Both the position numbers and the translations under genes were made by a program. The notes under the pieces are model-generated. The model was given only the letters and a program-made list of their open reading frames with translations, did no database searches and was not told the DNA's origin. DNA of 64,000 nucleotides, taken from positions 186,001 through 250,000 of the forward strand of contig CBFFRP010000288.1 in the NCBI GenBank assembly GCA_965644295.1. The letters run 5' to 3'. Each line of letters opens with the position of its first letter. Within the stretch, counting starts at the first letter, position 1. The DNA is from Paraphysomonas bandaiensis (lineage: Eukaryota > Protista > Chrysophyceae). Shown here in pieces: positions 26,643 through 39,252 of the stretch.

Positions 26643-26720
26643 CAGGGCTGCGTATAAATTAATTGATTTTTAATTAATTATACCCAATTAATGCATTGTC
26701 AATTATTGAAATTGAAATAG
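26643..26720. repeat. hAT-like element end (copy 1; copy 2 at about 52750-52880)
   Basis: CAGGGCTGCGTATAAATTAATTG vs CAGGACTGCGTATCAATTAATTG, both followed by AATTATTGAAATTG repeats. Confidence 0.45.
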
Positions 26721-27276
26721 CTACTAGCGATCTAGCGATAGACAAATAGCCATCAACAAGCTCCAAGTAAGAGTTGTAGTTTAAGAATACTAGCACATAA
26801 CTATCTAGCGATTGTATACGTTGCTGTCATCTCGTCCTGCACCGTAGAGTATTGTACCGTGAGCCGTAATTTTTTACAGCTTGATTTAGTAAAGTTTTTC
26901 TTTACGCGCTAAATCTATCACTATCTATCATCTATAATATACTATAACAATCGGACATACTTTTACAAGTTCCATATTTCAATAAATTGATATGCTGATT
27001 ACGGGTAAAGAACAATGAACAATAAGTATTGCCCTGTCTGATACATGTAGTAAGTATGGTATTGAGCACAACAATGATACGACCTCAACGATGTCCTATA
27101 TGACCATCGTCCAGATTCTGTTGACTCCCATATACAAGAAACACGAAACTACATGTTATAATACTTACGTTGTTATTAATTAAAGATAACAATCAAACAT
27201 TGAGTGTAGAAGATGTGTTTGACTATTTCACAAAAACAGGGAGTACCAAAGTTTAAGAACAGCTAATATTAGCAGC

Positions 27277-28226
27277 TTAATCCTGTAGCAACTCAACCAC
27301 AGCTACTCCCTGGGGTTTGTAAGGGTAGTCCTTCCCAGAAAAGGTGTTGTCGTTGACCTTGACACCAATGGAAACCAGTGTCTGGTATATGCGTTCGACC
27401 TCCGATGGATGGGAATGTAGACACCCAGCAGAGTTAGGCATATTCATTGTGGGGTCCCATCCACCCTCTGCACTGGTCCAGTTACCGGTGTGTAGGAGCA
27501 TTCCATCGCGGATGTAAGGGGTCATGAACTGGGCATTACCTTCCAAACCGTGAATCAAACGATTAACAGGCCAGGGGCCATATAGAGCAGGATCAGGCTC
27601 TGGCGAGTTGAGGTCTACTTCCCATAGGCCGGTGACAGTATTTCCGTTGGAGGTGAACTCGTTCAGCCCCACATCACCGTTGCCCATATCTACACCGAGA
27701 CAAAAGTTTATACTATCATTAAGCAGCTGCAAGTTGAATTACCTGGCCACTCAGCTGATGAGCCGTCATCTCGGTGACCGTGTGCTCGGACCTGGAAATC
27801 CATCAACTGGTTGTTCTCAGCGTCGTAAAGAATGCCGCGAGTTTCAATGCTGCGGTTATAGTGAACAGGGATGTAAAGTTTGTACAGATATCCCATGCTA
27901 GCAGCAGTAAATCCAGTGTCTTTCACACCATCTGCAGAGTGGAGATCAAGTAGCAGGGAAGCAGTAGTGTCATCAAATACTCCAGTACCCTCAAGATTAT
28001 TAGCGACTTGAAAGTCAGTTACCGCATCACCAGTCTTGTCTCCAAATACCCCATCAGCTACAAGACTATCATCAACTGCATCATCACGAATAATTAAATT
28101 TTGCATAATAAGGACATCGTTTCCTTGCATCATAGGGGAGGTTACATAGAGCTCTCGTGTGAATGGTAGAGGCATAGCATATCCTCCAATAAACACAGTA
28201 GATATGAATAGAAATAATTGAAACAT
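27277..28226 (-). CDS. Secreted peptidoglycan-binding domain plus YkuD/L,D-transpeptidase-fold protein, 298 aa, 2 exons
   Basis: Signal peptide; PG_binding_1 pattern GNDVLIMQ..DGVFGDKTGDAVTDFQ..L..TGVFD..T; GNTVTG; catalytic-type LHTG-x17-SAGCL. Intron at 27690-27742. Confidence 0.8.
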
Positions 28227-28717
28227 TGTGTTTTATTGAGAAATAGTAGGAAGAATGTGTTGGTGAGATGTTTCTGTACGTATGTTGTGTACAGTGAGAT
28301 ATAATCTCATATATAATTATATGGTTAGTTAATATACATGTTACTCTATGTATGTATATATGTATATACATCTGTATACATATATGACATCTAGACATAT
28401 GACTGTACAAGTCCTAGAGAGATACACACAGCAGCAGTATGTTGTAACCATATATATCCACATACAGCAGTACCGGTAGCACATCCACATACACTACCGG
28501 TAGCATATCCACATCTACGTCACCCAATCCATATTACCCATTTTCAGTTTTAAAGTTGTCTATTTAAGATATCAAATGACGATGAGTCAGCAGAACAATT
28601 ATATAAACAAATCATTGTATGCCGCGTGGCAATTGAAGTTCATCCTAATAGATCTTATAGATAGAAAGATATCTTCATACTTCTCATAATTAAGAACTTT
28701 ATAATACGATTGGAAAA

Positions 28718-29410
28718 ATGAGCACGGCAGAGGAACGTAGACAGAGGAGATTGGCCCATAATGCGAAGAGGTACGCAGGTACTTATCGGGCTATTCCTAA
28801 GCTTGAATGGGAGACACTTGTAGCCTGTAACTTTAACAATCCTGACTGGGCTGCTTTGTACCCTATCAACGCAAAAGGATCTCCTGCTGGTCTACTATCT
28901 CCCAGGATGGCCTGTAAGCTGTTCTATGACGGAGTGTTTATCATCGAGAAGAGTGAGGAGAACCCCAAATATCTACAGGATAAGATCCCTGAGGCTGCGC
29001 ATAAGTTCTATAAGAAGAAGCAGTGGCGTAAGCAGCTCTTGGAGAGCGCTCGTCGTGTATGCTGCCGTATGGCCAAGGGCAAGGGATTCTCACCCAACTG
29101 CACTGCCGAGGAGCTCTTTGTGCACGTGATGCTGCAGAACGCCGTTGAGCTCGGATGGAACCGCTGCCGAGACCAGTGGGAGGAACTGCCGGAGACGGAT
29201 AAGGACCGCGACTTCAACCGTGTGGCACGTATGGCTGCTAATGATGAGATCGCCGCCCTTTACCGTGGAGAGAGTGTGGCTGACTCCACTCGATTTAAGG
29301 AGTATTTCAAGGCCGCTAACACTTCTGAGTCTACCATGACTGATCACTTCTTGTACGATATCGACTTGTCTGCCTTCACTGGCGAGGATGACGACGAGGA
29401 CGACTCTTAA
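28718..29410 (+). CDS. Hypothetical 230-aa intronless protein with an acidic tail
   Basis: Clean ATG-TAA ORF with strong third-position GC bias. Confidence 0.8.
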   Translation: MSTAEERRQRRLAHNAKRYAGTYRAIPKLEWETLVACNFNNPDWAALYPINAKGSPAGLLSPRMACKLFYDGVFIIEKSEENPKYLQDKIPEAAHKFYKKKQWRKQLLESARRVCCRMAKGKGFSPNCTAEELFVHVMLQNAVELGWNRCRDQWEELPETDKDRDFNRVARMAANDEIAALYRGESVADSTRFKEYFKAANTSESTMTDHFLYDIDLSAFTGEDDDEDDS

Positions 29411-30392
29411 GTGAGTCTTCCCTTAAGGAGAGCAGGCGTCTACTGTGTTTGACTTGTTACTGATTTGATAAATGACGCCTCCGCCTTGTTCAGAGGCGCT
29501 CCTTGCTGTCCGTCTGCTCCGTGCTGGCTGCATTGTAATTAGCAGTAAATATTTGCCCCTGTATAATTGGACAGCTATTCATGTGAAATATTATCGGTAA
29601 TACACTATTACCACAATGAAATATCAACGAAAAGTTAATAAATATTTTATGTTGCATTTGAAAGTCATATTTCTTTTCTTGTTTTGGTACTTTGCCACAA
29701 ACTTTAGCACATTGGTTTTAGTGTAACCTCTGGCTAGTTTTAGAACTGAGGTACAAGTGTTACTAAGTAAGTTTTGGATGTCAGAAAAATCGTGTGTACA
29801 AAAAAGATAGTCGATGTGCACTAATTTCATAGAAACTCGCTGTTCATATGCAGTCAAAATTGGTTCAGGACGTGTCGAATTGATATTAATGAATGGCTTA
29901 GTATATATGAGAGTCTTGATACCAGATAAGTGTATGGAAACTAGTCAAGCTAGATAGACTTCTACCTATAACTAACTAGTGCGATATTATGGCGATTCAA
30001 GATACGGAAGTTTATCAGTGGCTGTCTTGTCTGACGACATAACTTTTCTTTCACAATCTAGGTATAAAATGACCAAGAGTCAATATTGAATAAAATTTTC
30101 CATATATAGTAGTCTAATATATTGCTTCCGCATTACAAATGAACTGGAAACATGCATGCACAATTACATGTGTGTGCATGTCCTGGTATGGCCATCATTT
30201 ATCACACATCATACAGTAAAGGTCCAGAGTGGTATTCGTTTACTAAAGCAAATATAGTGAAATTGTTTCTTAAAGCGATTAAAGTCATATAGTTATCAAG
30301 GGGTATAACAAATTATCAATACAATATATATAACTGGCTTAATATATAACATACTGCAGTCTATCTGACTATATTCAAATTCACGTATTATA

Positions 30393-31124
30393 TCATTTGT
30401 CATCATTCCACCCACGGACTACTACATACAGCTGTAGGAATGCTCCCACTTCAAAGAAAATTGATCCAGCACACCATAATAGAAGACATGTCTCACTCCA
30501 ATGGAGCAGCGACACTGCTCCTCCAACTATATAGGTGACTGAGCCCATAGAGAAGCTAGATACGACACAGACCCATAAAAACTTTGAAGAGTACTCTTCA
30601 TGAGCTGGTGGAGAAGAATGTGGTGCATCAATATAGTGTTTAGTAGGTGTTAGCAAAGGGTCCGCATAACTTCTCTCGCTTTCACACTCTGACGATATTG
30701 AGGTGTACTTCCACTGAGTCTTTTCTTCGTGGAGAACAACGTATAAAGTAGCCAAGGAACCGCAGAGATAAAACATGGACCCGAAACTAAACATCCAAAC
30801 ACCAAGTGCAGTACAACTAATTTTCAAAAATGTTCCAAATGATGGCCATAGAAGAAATGATGCCGTTAAGAACAGCAACCCGCCTAATAGTATAAACATA
30901 CTAGCTATCTTCGGTTGATATGATGCGGTTGTGTTTCGAGGGAATACAACGACGTACAGGAAATCCAACACTCCCGCTAACGTCAAATAAATAGATGCAA
31001 ATATAAAAAAAAGTATACCAGCTTTATCATCACCAAACGGTAAAAATAATAAGAATCCAGGCAATAAAAGAAAGGATCCAATCGTATATAATATACTTGA
31101 TATAAGCACACGAAATGAACCCAT
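30393..31124 (-). CDS. Multi-pass membrane protein with YrhK-like helical-hairpin repeats
   Basis: About 6 TM segments with repeated G-x-x-F-x-x-GS patterns (GVWMFSFGSMFYLCGS). Confidence 0.7.
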   Translation of the reverse strand: MGSFRVLISSILYTIGSFLLLPGFLLFLPFGDDKAGILFFIFASIYLTLAGVLDFLYVVVFPRNTTASYQPKIASMFILLGGLLFLTASFLLWPSFGTFLKISCTALGVWMFSFGSMFYLCGSLATLYVVLHEEKTQWKYTSISSECESERSYADPLLTPTKHYIDAPHSSPPAHEEYSSKFLWVCVVSSFSMGSVTYIVGGAVSLLHWSETCLLLWCAGSIFFEVGAFLQLYVVVRGWNDDK

Positions 31125-31298
31125 CCTTCTCTATTAATGACAAGTTACAAGCAATAAAAACACTGATTACAATAATCAGTTAATGAATTGTTTGTAGTTA
31201 TCAATCAAGAGACGTGCTTCCATCGAACTGAGTAAACTATATATATATATATATATACGGTAAACTCTATATGGTGACTTGCATATGTTTTTGAATTA

Positions 31299-34200
31299 CT
31301 GTAGGAAGGCGGGTACGTATCTTGGCGGTTTTTTTTTGCACTTTTCAGATGCACTTAAAATAACACTCACTGCATGTCTGATCGCAGTGAAAGCATCATT
31401 GGAAACGTAGTGATTTTACCCATATTTCATTCTAAGTGACGAACTGCACTCATAATCTGAATCTTTTGATATTCATCCTCAAAGTGAGCCCCTTAAGAGG
31501 TTTTTGACCTCATTTCAGTTTTTGGTTTTTCAAAATGGCGGGATTTTTCCCTCTCAGATGACTGCAAATCACAGTCACTTAAATTAAATTGGAGTATTTG
31601 GAGATGGTCATTGCTCATAGCGGCCATGTGGCGATACAGGTAGACTAATTTCATAGTGCTTGACACGATGGTGCTCTTACTTTCAACTGATTCGCAGTAT
31701 TCATGGTGATAAGTTCTGGTTGGGGAGGAGGGGTCGATTTCGATACGCCGGCACACCACACATGCGAATGACCTCAACTGACCTGTAGATATACACTCAA
31801 CTATTGCTCATTATATGCGCAATACTATCAGCACACTAATTTGAGTATACGCTCTCCTCTGCGGCATTGTGCATCACATTTCTGAAATAAGCGTGTGTTT
31901 AGATTAGCCACACGATGACTCTAATGCTGCACCTCTGGAGCGAAATGGAGGCTCTGGTGAATTGAGGAGGAAAGAGGGAGGACTCTGGAGCTGTTTCGGG
32001 CTCAGGGTGATGCCCGGATTGAAAATTCACTATTCTACAGGGGTCAGGGTGAGGCATGCGGAACAGCACATGTAGACAGTGAAATTCATTGCACGGGGCT
32101 CTGCACGCAGTGAAACGTAGAGGGATCCACATTGACGCAGCCCACCAGCGATCCTTGGCCGAATGTTTTTGGAACTGTGGATGTGGTCAAACCGACTGGT
32201 GCTTCCCCCGTCATGACTGATCGCTATCCTAAACTTTTCAATGGTTGAACACCCAGACTCATAGTGGGTCGACTTTGATCCATGGGACATAGGGTACCCC
32301 TCTTGAGGAACAGCGGGAGCTCAGCAACAGCCTGCACTGGATAAAGGTCAGAGGGAACCTGACCACCTCAGTATTCATACGATTCATAGTACTAAACCTT
32401 GCTCTCCAAATATATGTTATTGATGTCCAGTAGTATAGGAGTACTACAAGTGATAGATTAACTAAATTATTATTTTGAATTGTTTTTGTTCTGTTGCATA
32501 TTTACTAAAATTGTTTCTACTTCTTAATTTATATTATGTTACACCCATTGAGATTTACTTAAAATCGGACATTGACTGTGTCGTAGAAGCTGGCTTAGTT
32601 TGGTCAACAAGAAGAAGTGTGTAGCCATCAGTGTTGAACTTTATTACTTTCATTCAACTCGTAATTAAATTTCACACTGGAGAAAGAAAATATTAAAAAT
32701 CCAAAACAAAAACGATGTTACGTAAAATCATACATACGACAGAGTTAAAGTAGATACGAATATGTACTGCTGGTTTGTGGTATGTATGCGTTGACTTTGC
32801 ATGAGCTGAAGTGATTACAATTGTATGCACTTTATCATGCGAAATATCCAAAGAAAATAAAGGACCGAACAGAATCTCAAAAGAAAATAAAGGACCAAGT
32901 GGGGTCAAAACAAAATAAGAGACTCGCAAGTACGCGATTAAATAGCAAGTAACCTACGCCGCATCGATTGGCTCTCGATCTGATTCCGATACATAAACCT
33001 CCTCTCTCTCCACCTCCACTCCCCCGTGCAGCTGTTTCAACTTGTCAGACATCGGACCTTCGAGCTTGGCTATGAGGTAGGCCTTCGTGCCAACCTTTAG
33101 CTCAGGATCAATAGGAGTAGTTGCCTTAGGAAGGACAATTAGAGCGGCCTTTAGAACATCATTATTGGCCGTGCGCCAGTCATATTGCTGGTCGCGCACA
33201 CGTACCAAAAGTGCCTCCAACGCCTCAACATGTCGGTGATATTCTTCCATCTGGCGGCGCTCCTTTTCGTCCTTACGGCGCTCTTTAGCCTGTCGCTCTT
33301 CCTCCCTCCGAGCCATGTAGGCCTCAATACGCTCGGCCGTTGACAGCACTGCACAGTGCCCCGTAGTGGTGTTGGGCATACCACCCCTGTCGTCCACCCC
33401 TCCCCCCTCCCCTTCTGCATCCTGACCCCACACCTCATTCTCTAGGGCAACGTCCAAAACACTTAGCGCACCGCGGGGAATTGAGGCTTTCTTGTATCGG
33501 GCCTCCTCTGCCCTCGCTTGGGCCTGTTCACGTGCCGGAGCGAGAAAACTAGACTGGAAGAACTGTGCCGAAATACTACTAATAAGCACACAATAGTTGA
33601 TATCCCCAGGCTTGACCTCCTGGTAACGAACCCGCTTCATATTTGGGTCCTCCTCGCTGGGCTCCATGACAGCGACAGGTCTGGGTGCCGAAAGCACCGA
33701 TGCCTTACGGTCCATGTCCCGTTCATCCACATCATACACTCCAGAGATAATACTATTAGATGTCACCTTGTCTCTGTGAACCTCGGCCACCTCCTCTCCC
33801 TCCAAGGGATCAACTAAAGGCCAAGTCAGCGTCTTAGCAAAGGCTTGCTTGATGCAACCAGGTAGCGTGGGGTCAGAGGTAAACTCATTCCATGCCTGAT
33901 TGATTATTTTGTTGAAGTGAAAAACAATCATAGGCTCTCCAGGGTTTCTGTGCTTCCACCAGGAAAAGCACCTCCGATAGGCAGCTTTGAGCTTAGCGTT
34001 GGGCCCGTTATCGATGGGGGCGTCATTAACAGAGTTGTTAGCACAGAGGAAATTGATATACACATTATGAGTAATAGCGTGCCGGATAGAGTTGGGGTCA
34101 AAGTGTGAGCCATGCCCATCAATGTAGACCCACTTAGCCCTGCCCGACGCAGACATCTCCGATACAGCTATTCGAAAGGTATTCCGGTCAGCATATCCCG

Positions 34201-35717
34201 ACGGAGTAGAATCCACATGGAAAGTGGGGTCGAGGTTGAGGTGCAAATGTCCCCTCATCGTCTCGCCATCACCACCCTGGTGAATGATGATGGGTCTTGT
34301 TGTCGACCCATCCGGGCGAATACCATACAAAAGTGTTACCCAGAAGGATGTATGCTCACCGTGTCTTGCAGAGAATCGCCTTTCCTTCCGCTCCTGAAAG
34401 AGTTTGAAGGTAGGGAAGGCGTGCCCCCAAGGGTCGAAGCCAATTTCGTCCCAGTTCTCGATATCCTCCAGGTCTGGCCCATATGACGGAAAGACCCCTT
34501 TCTCTATACACTCCCTGAGGTGCTGCATGAACTTACGGGCCATAGTACTCGCCCGGGTCGGGCAGGCCGCTGCTGCCCGCTTGTAGGAAAGATCGGATTT
34601 CTTCGTCAAAGCGGGCAAGCAATTTTCACCAAGGTCAAAAGTGCAGGGTTTGAGAAAGTTGTCTCGAATAAAGGTTTTACTGCATTTTGCATGATCAAGG
34701 CGTACCGACTCCGGGGTATCCTTGCCTCCATTGGCAGTGCGTATAGCACTGGCATGGGCGCGGCAATACTCCCTGGCTAGGGCTTGCATATGGGCATTGC
34801 TGTACCTGCAAAAATAATTACAAATCGTACACTGTACGTCATCATCCACATCATACACTTTCATGTACATACCCATATCCAGCTTTATCTTGAAGGTCCA
34901 TCTTCGTAGCCATTATATCCCGATCCGCAATGGAGTGAAGCAATCCTTTAGGACCAGAAAGGGAGTAATCCAGCTCCATGATGGCCTCCTGCAGCACAGA
35001 ATGGTTCGTTGGGTCGTTCCGAAACATATTAAACTCCTTCGTGGTGAGTCCAAACAACTCCCGGATGGTGTTCATATCCCGCTCCTGGGTGCGAATAGAG
35101 ACACCGTACTCCGTGAGAACATATTTAGAGCTCTTGCCATCAATTACCCTGGCAATGAGCCCGGCCCTACGCTCTTCAACTGTGTAAACTTTGTAGCTCT
35201 GTTTGACGTCTACCTCAGGGATATTATCGATTGCGTTGATAATCGCCCTTTCTGTCGCCATACTGGGGAAGCTGCTTGTCTCTTCGGGCAGATCCGGCAA
35301 AGCCTCCAACACCAAATTAACCTTTCGCTTGTGAGGTACATTTCCTGGAAGCACACCATACTGCTTGGCACGCTTAACCTCAATCACAACATCCCTTTTC
35401 CCCAATGGGGGCAGTGTGACTTCGTCCATACGACTGTCTGTATGAGTGTGAGTGATTCGGGGTCGCTGTGGACGTCCTCGCATCATACTCGATCAATTCT
35501 ACATGAAAATCAGATCAGACGACGTCATCATGAGCAGTGATTATTGTTTACTGTACCTGATACAATTATATATAATGTAATTCTTGTATAAGTATGTGGG
35601 GTTGGTTTATAGTAAGATTTAAGGTGGAACAATGGTGGATTGACACACGAAAACCCGCCATTTTCAAAAACCTAAAAAAGAAAACCCGCCAAGATAGATA
35701 CCCGCCTTCCTACCATG
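31299..35717 (-). mobile_element. Pogo/Tc1-mariner-type DNA transposon, about 4.4 kb, with imperfect TIRs of about 35 bp
   Basis: The left end GTAGGAAGGCGGGTACGTATCTTGGCGGTTTT (31301) pairs with AAAACCCGCCAAGATAGATACCCGCCTTCCTAC (ends 35713). TA lies just outside each end (TA-CT.. / ..CATG-TA). The ends enclose a DDE_1 transposase. Confidence 0.8.
32954..35486 (-). CDS. Pogo-like DDE_1 transposase, 821 aa, 2 exons
   Basis: A 67-nt intron at 34806-34872 fuses the two ORFs in frame (AGYG/YSNAHM). Catalytic NWDEIGF, YIDGHGSH, APIDNGP; N-terminal HTH-like region (YGVSIRT); C-terminal coiled coil. Confidence 0.85.
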
Positions 35718-36070
35718 TACTTCGTCGTAAACTTGTTTTTATAGGACAACAGATTTTGATGTACTGCTGTAGTATGTATAAAATGTACTTCTGTATATAG
35801 ATGAGGTGTACTGCTGTACATGACGTATGTATATAAGTACAGTATGTTGCTATCATACCATCCGATACGTTAGCTTGTATTGTACGTCTACACGGCTGGC
35901 CATAACATAACTTTAACATAAACCACACCTCATAATATAGTTATTTATATATATTCCACACAACTTCACATATCTAAACAACGTATTACACTTCTAACAT
36001 CAGTCTTTCTCCTATGACCGGTGTAGGGTGGTGTATTTAGATCTCTAATAGGGTTGTACACTAGACCCTA

Positions 36071-37558
36071 ATGATTGTTGGAGACAGACGAGCCCTTAAG
36101 GCTACCCTTACACAGGGTATATCTAATATATTACGAGAATTAGTAGATTTATATGGAAAAAATTTAAATCAATTATGTAAGTTTACCTCATGTGTATTGT
36201 GGTGTATGTTAATGGTATCTGTGAGTAGCCATTCAGACTGCTGTTCTTGCTGGTTTAGCTTTCAATGGCGCGATTCAGCCAAACTACTATAAAACAGATC
36301 ACTTCTCTACTGAGAAAAAGATATATGCAGGGGTTTTCCACACTCTAATTCAGTTTGCGATGATTCTATCATTTCTTGCCATGGTTGTGTCGACTTTGGC
36401 CTCTCAATATGGGCCCGGTCTAGCTCTCACAGGGAAAGATGCTAAAGTCATAGTATATGGTATTCATTTTTAGAATGTGTAGTAGCTATAGATTTAACTT
36501 TACTGTAGCTGTCAAGAAAATGCAGGAGATGCAAGAGTACTCTTTCTGGCTGGCAGGGGGCTCCATAGTACTACTTTTCGCTTCACTATCTACCTATGCG
36601 TGAGTTGCACATCTGTCCAAAAAATATTGCGTCGTTTACATAGGATAATTTCAGGTTTTCGGAATATCTGTTGGGTCATGCTTTAGTTATTTTCATCCTC
36701 TGCGTTCTTGGGTCTCTCTTGATTTTCCGTGAGTTTCTGATGTGCATGATGACATTTTGTTTAATTAATGTTATACGTAGGGCGTGGAATACTGACATTG
36801 CAGGACATACGATATAAAGGAACCAAATATCTTGATGAAATTTTACGTGCATTTGATGGTGGCCAGGCGAAAGAAGGAGAAGCTGGTCTTGTACCTCCTC
36901 CTAACGAGAGCTACCAAGACTATGTTTGGAGAAAGAAACATATACACAAGGTTAGTGTGAGAACGTATAGTAATTCCGTGTTTACAGCGATACATATTGT
37001 AGGGCGGAGGGTATCAGTATGTATATGCCGTGTTGCGAAAGGGTGTACTGCAATTTTATCGGAGTAAGGAGGCGTTTGAGGATGACGATGATCGTCTTGC
37101 GTCCTTTCCACTCAGATATATGAAACTCACATTAGATCAGGCAGATTTTTCGCCTGATACGGGACAGGTGATGTCTATTATTCTACAAGTTGAGTTCTAC
37201 TCATGATATGTTCGATAATAAGGTGTCATTTTCTTTGCGTGGTGAACGATTCAAACGGGACCGATCTCTACAGTTTGCGTTGCTGCCATTGGATGATCAC
37301 GAGGTACTGGACACTACTTATACTGCAGAACTGCAAGCTGTGTCCAAGGCTTCTTTCAGGTGCAAAATATCTTTCTGTTCCTTATATATTGGCTTGTGAG
37401 ATAAACTAGATCACTACTTTTAGACCTGAAACCATATAATTTGCTTATTGTTAATTATTTCGCTTAGTCACTGGATAAACTCCCTTACTCGAGTCGAGAA
37501 GCACTACAAAGAGGCTAACGGCAATGCTCTTACGGCTGTTCTGGAAAATGTGAGTTAA
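36071..37558 (+). CDS. Multi-exon four-TM membrane protein (Orai-like pattern) with a C-terminal PH-like domain
   Basis: Spliced IQTAVLAGLAF..., YGPGLALTG and further hydrophobic helices, then YAVLRKGVLQFYRSKE ... AELQAVSKASF/SHWINSL (PH strands and Trp helix). Stop at 37556-37558. Confidence 0.6.
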
Positions 37559-38068
37559 TGTGTAGTTAGCTGTGGATTTATGCATTTGTAAATAGCTGCT
37601 TGTTTGTAAAATAGACATAATGTAAGAAATAAAGCGTATATTTTATTTATCGTCGTCTTGTGTATGTAAGTGTAGACGGAGCTTGTGTCACTTATAGCTC
37701 TGTAGTCTGTTTCTATCCATAGCGACATTTATACAACTGCCATTTTCTTTAAATTTCATGAAATAAGGCTAATCACGCTACAAGCGACGTTATTATAATT
37801 ATTGCTGCTTTACTTTTTCACCTAGACAATGATTTGAGTATTCGAGAAGGCGACATAAGTGGGCCTCGGTATTTGTACCAATATGGTCCACCGAGCGATG
37901 GTAATGCACAACTGTGCAACAATATTTAAAAATAGGGTGGATGACTATATCATTAAGTTACTTGTATACTCACACAACAACGGTAATCTGCTCTAACGAG
38001 TTTTCCTATTGTTGCCTAAACATAACTTAAGCACTTAAGCACAACAACCTTAATTACCTACAACTGGA

Positions 38069-38901
38069 CTATGACTCTTTATTCGTCAGAACAAATAGCC
38101 CCATGATACCTACAAACAGATGGTAAGAAAAAAGATTAACACGTTGTGCTATATGCTACATACCAATTAAGACAAATTTTAGCGCCGGGTAGTCGTTGAG
38201 AATAATAGTAACCATTCCTAAGTAACGCAATACACCCTTTGCACGGCCTACATTTTAATAATTAGCTCATTGTTGATAATTATGAAGAACTGGCATGTAC
38301 CCAGTATATCACTTCGCTTCAGCCAGAGCTGTCCCGGTGCATACAGGCCCCTGTCATCCACTCTGTTGTTATCACCCTTGGTTAGGACTTCTACTTCGCC
38401 ATCCTCTTTTTCGTGCACTCTCAGTACACGATGAACTATAGGAATATCCCTATCTTTTATTTTAAACACAACAATCTCCCCTACTCGAATGGGATCATTG
38501 TAATTGTTGAGGAAAAGAATATCACCACGCTGGAATGCAGGCATCATTGATCCACTAAATTAAGCAACAACACCCATGTCAGAAAAAAGTGGGTATTGTT
38601 GTGGCGAATATACCTTAATACAACGACAACAGGAGACTCGGATAACGTAATAAACATGAGCCCTTTCCATATCATAAGAGCAGAAAAAACAATCATGCCT
38701 GCACCATATACGTAACTATCAATTCATAAATCCATTACACCATTATACCTAAATTTAATGCTTGGAAAGCTAGTGTCCTTTTGTTTTTCCATAGTTTCAG
38801 TAACTCAACTTTTTGACTGCAAGATTATTAGAGTGAATCCATGTATATATATATATATCATACGTGTATATCATATCGTTTATTCCGGATAACATCTCCA
38901 T
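38069..38901 (-). CDS. SEC11: Signal peptidase complex catalytic subunit SEC11 (S26B); several introns
   Basis: [64 protein letters not shown]. Confidence 0.95.
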
Positions 38902-39252
38902 TTGCTACAACAGTGATAATAAATAAATTATAAATAGTACTGTGGTAGATATTGGAGCCCTGTAAGTTTGGCTGATTTGTGATAAGAAAATTGTCATATA
39001 GACAGCTGTTGCTATCATGCATGTCGCTTCCCTCTATATACTGTATATGGCGTACTTTTATGTAGGCTGTGTTTTGTGGTGGGCGATTGGTTACGAAATC
39101 CTAGATTTTTATACTTTTCATACGATTTAAATACCATACTTTGAGTCATTTTGATAGGATTTTCACATGAAAATTAGGTTTCCACACATCTCGTACATGA
39201 GCAAACCGCCATTTTCTCCTTGTAAGGGAGGAATGTTTGTGTATTTTTGTCA

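Noticed and set aside
34806-34876. Programmed frameshift between the two pogo ORFs
   Set aside because: A canonical 67-nt GT-AG intron explains the frame change.
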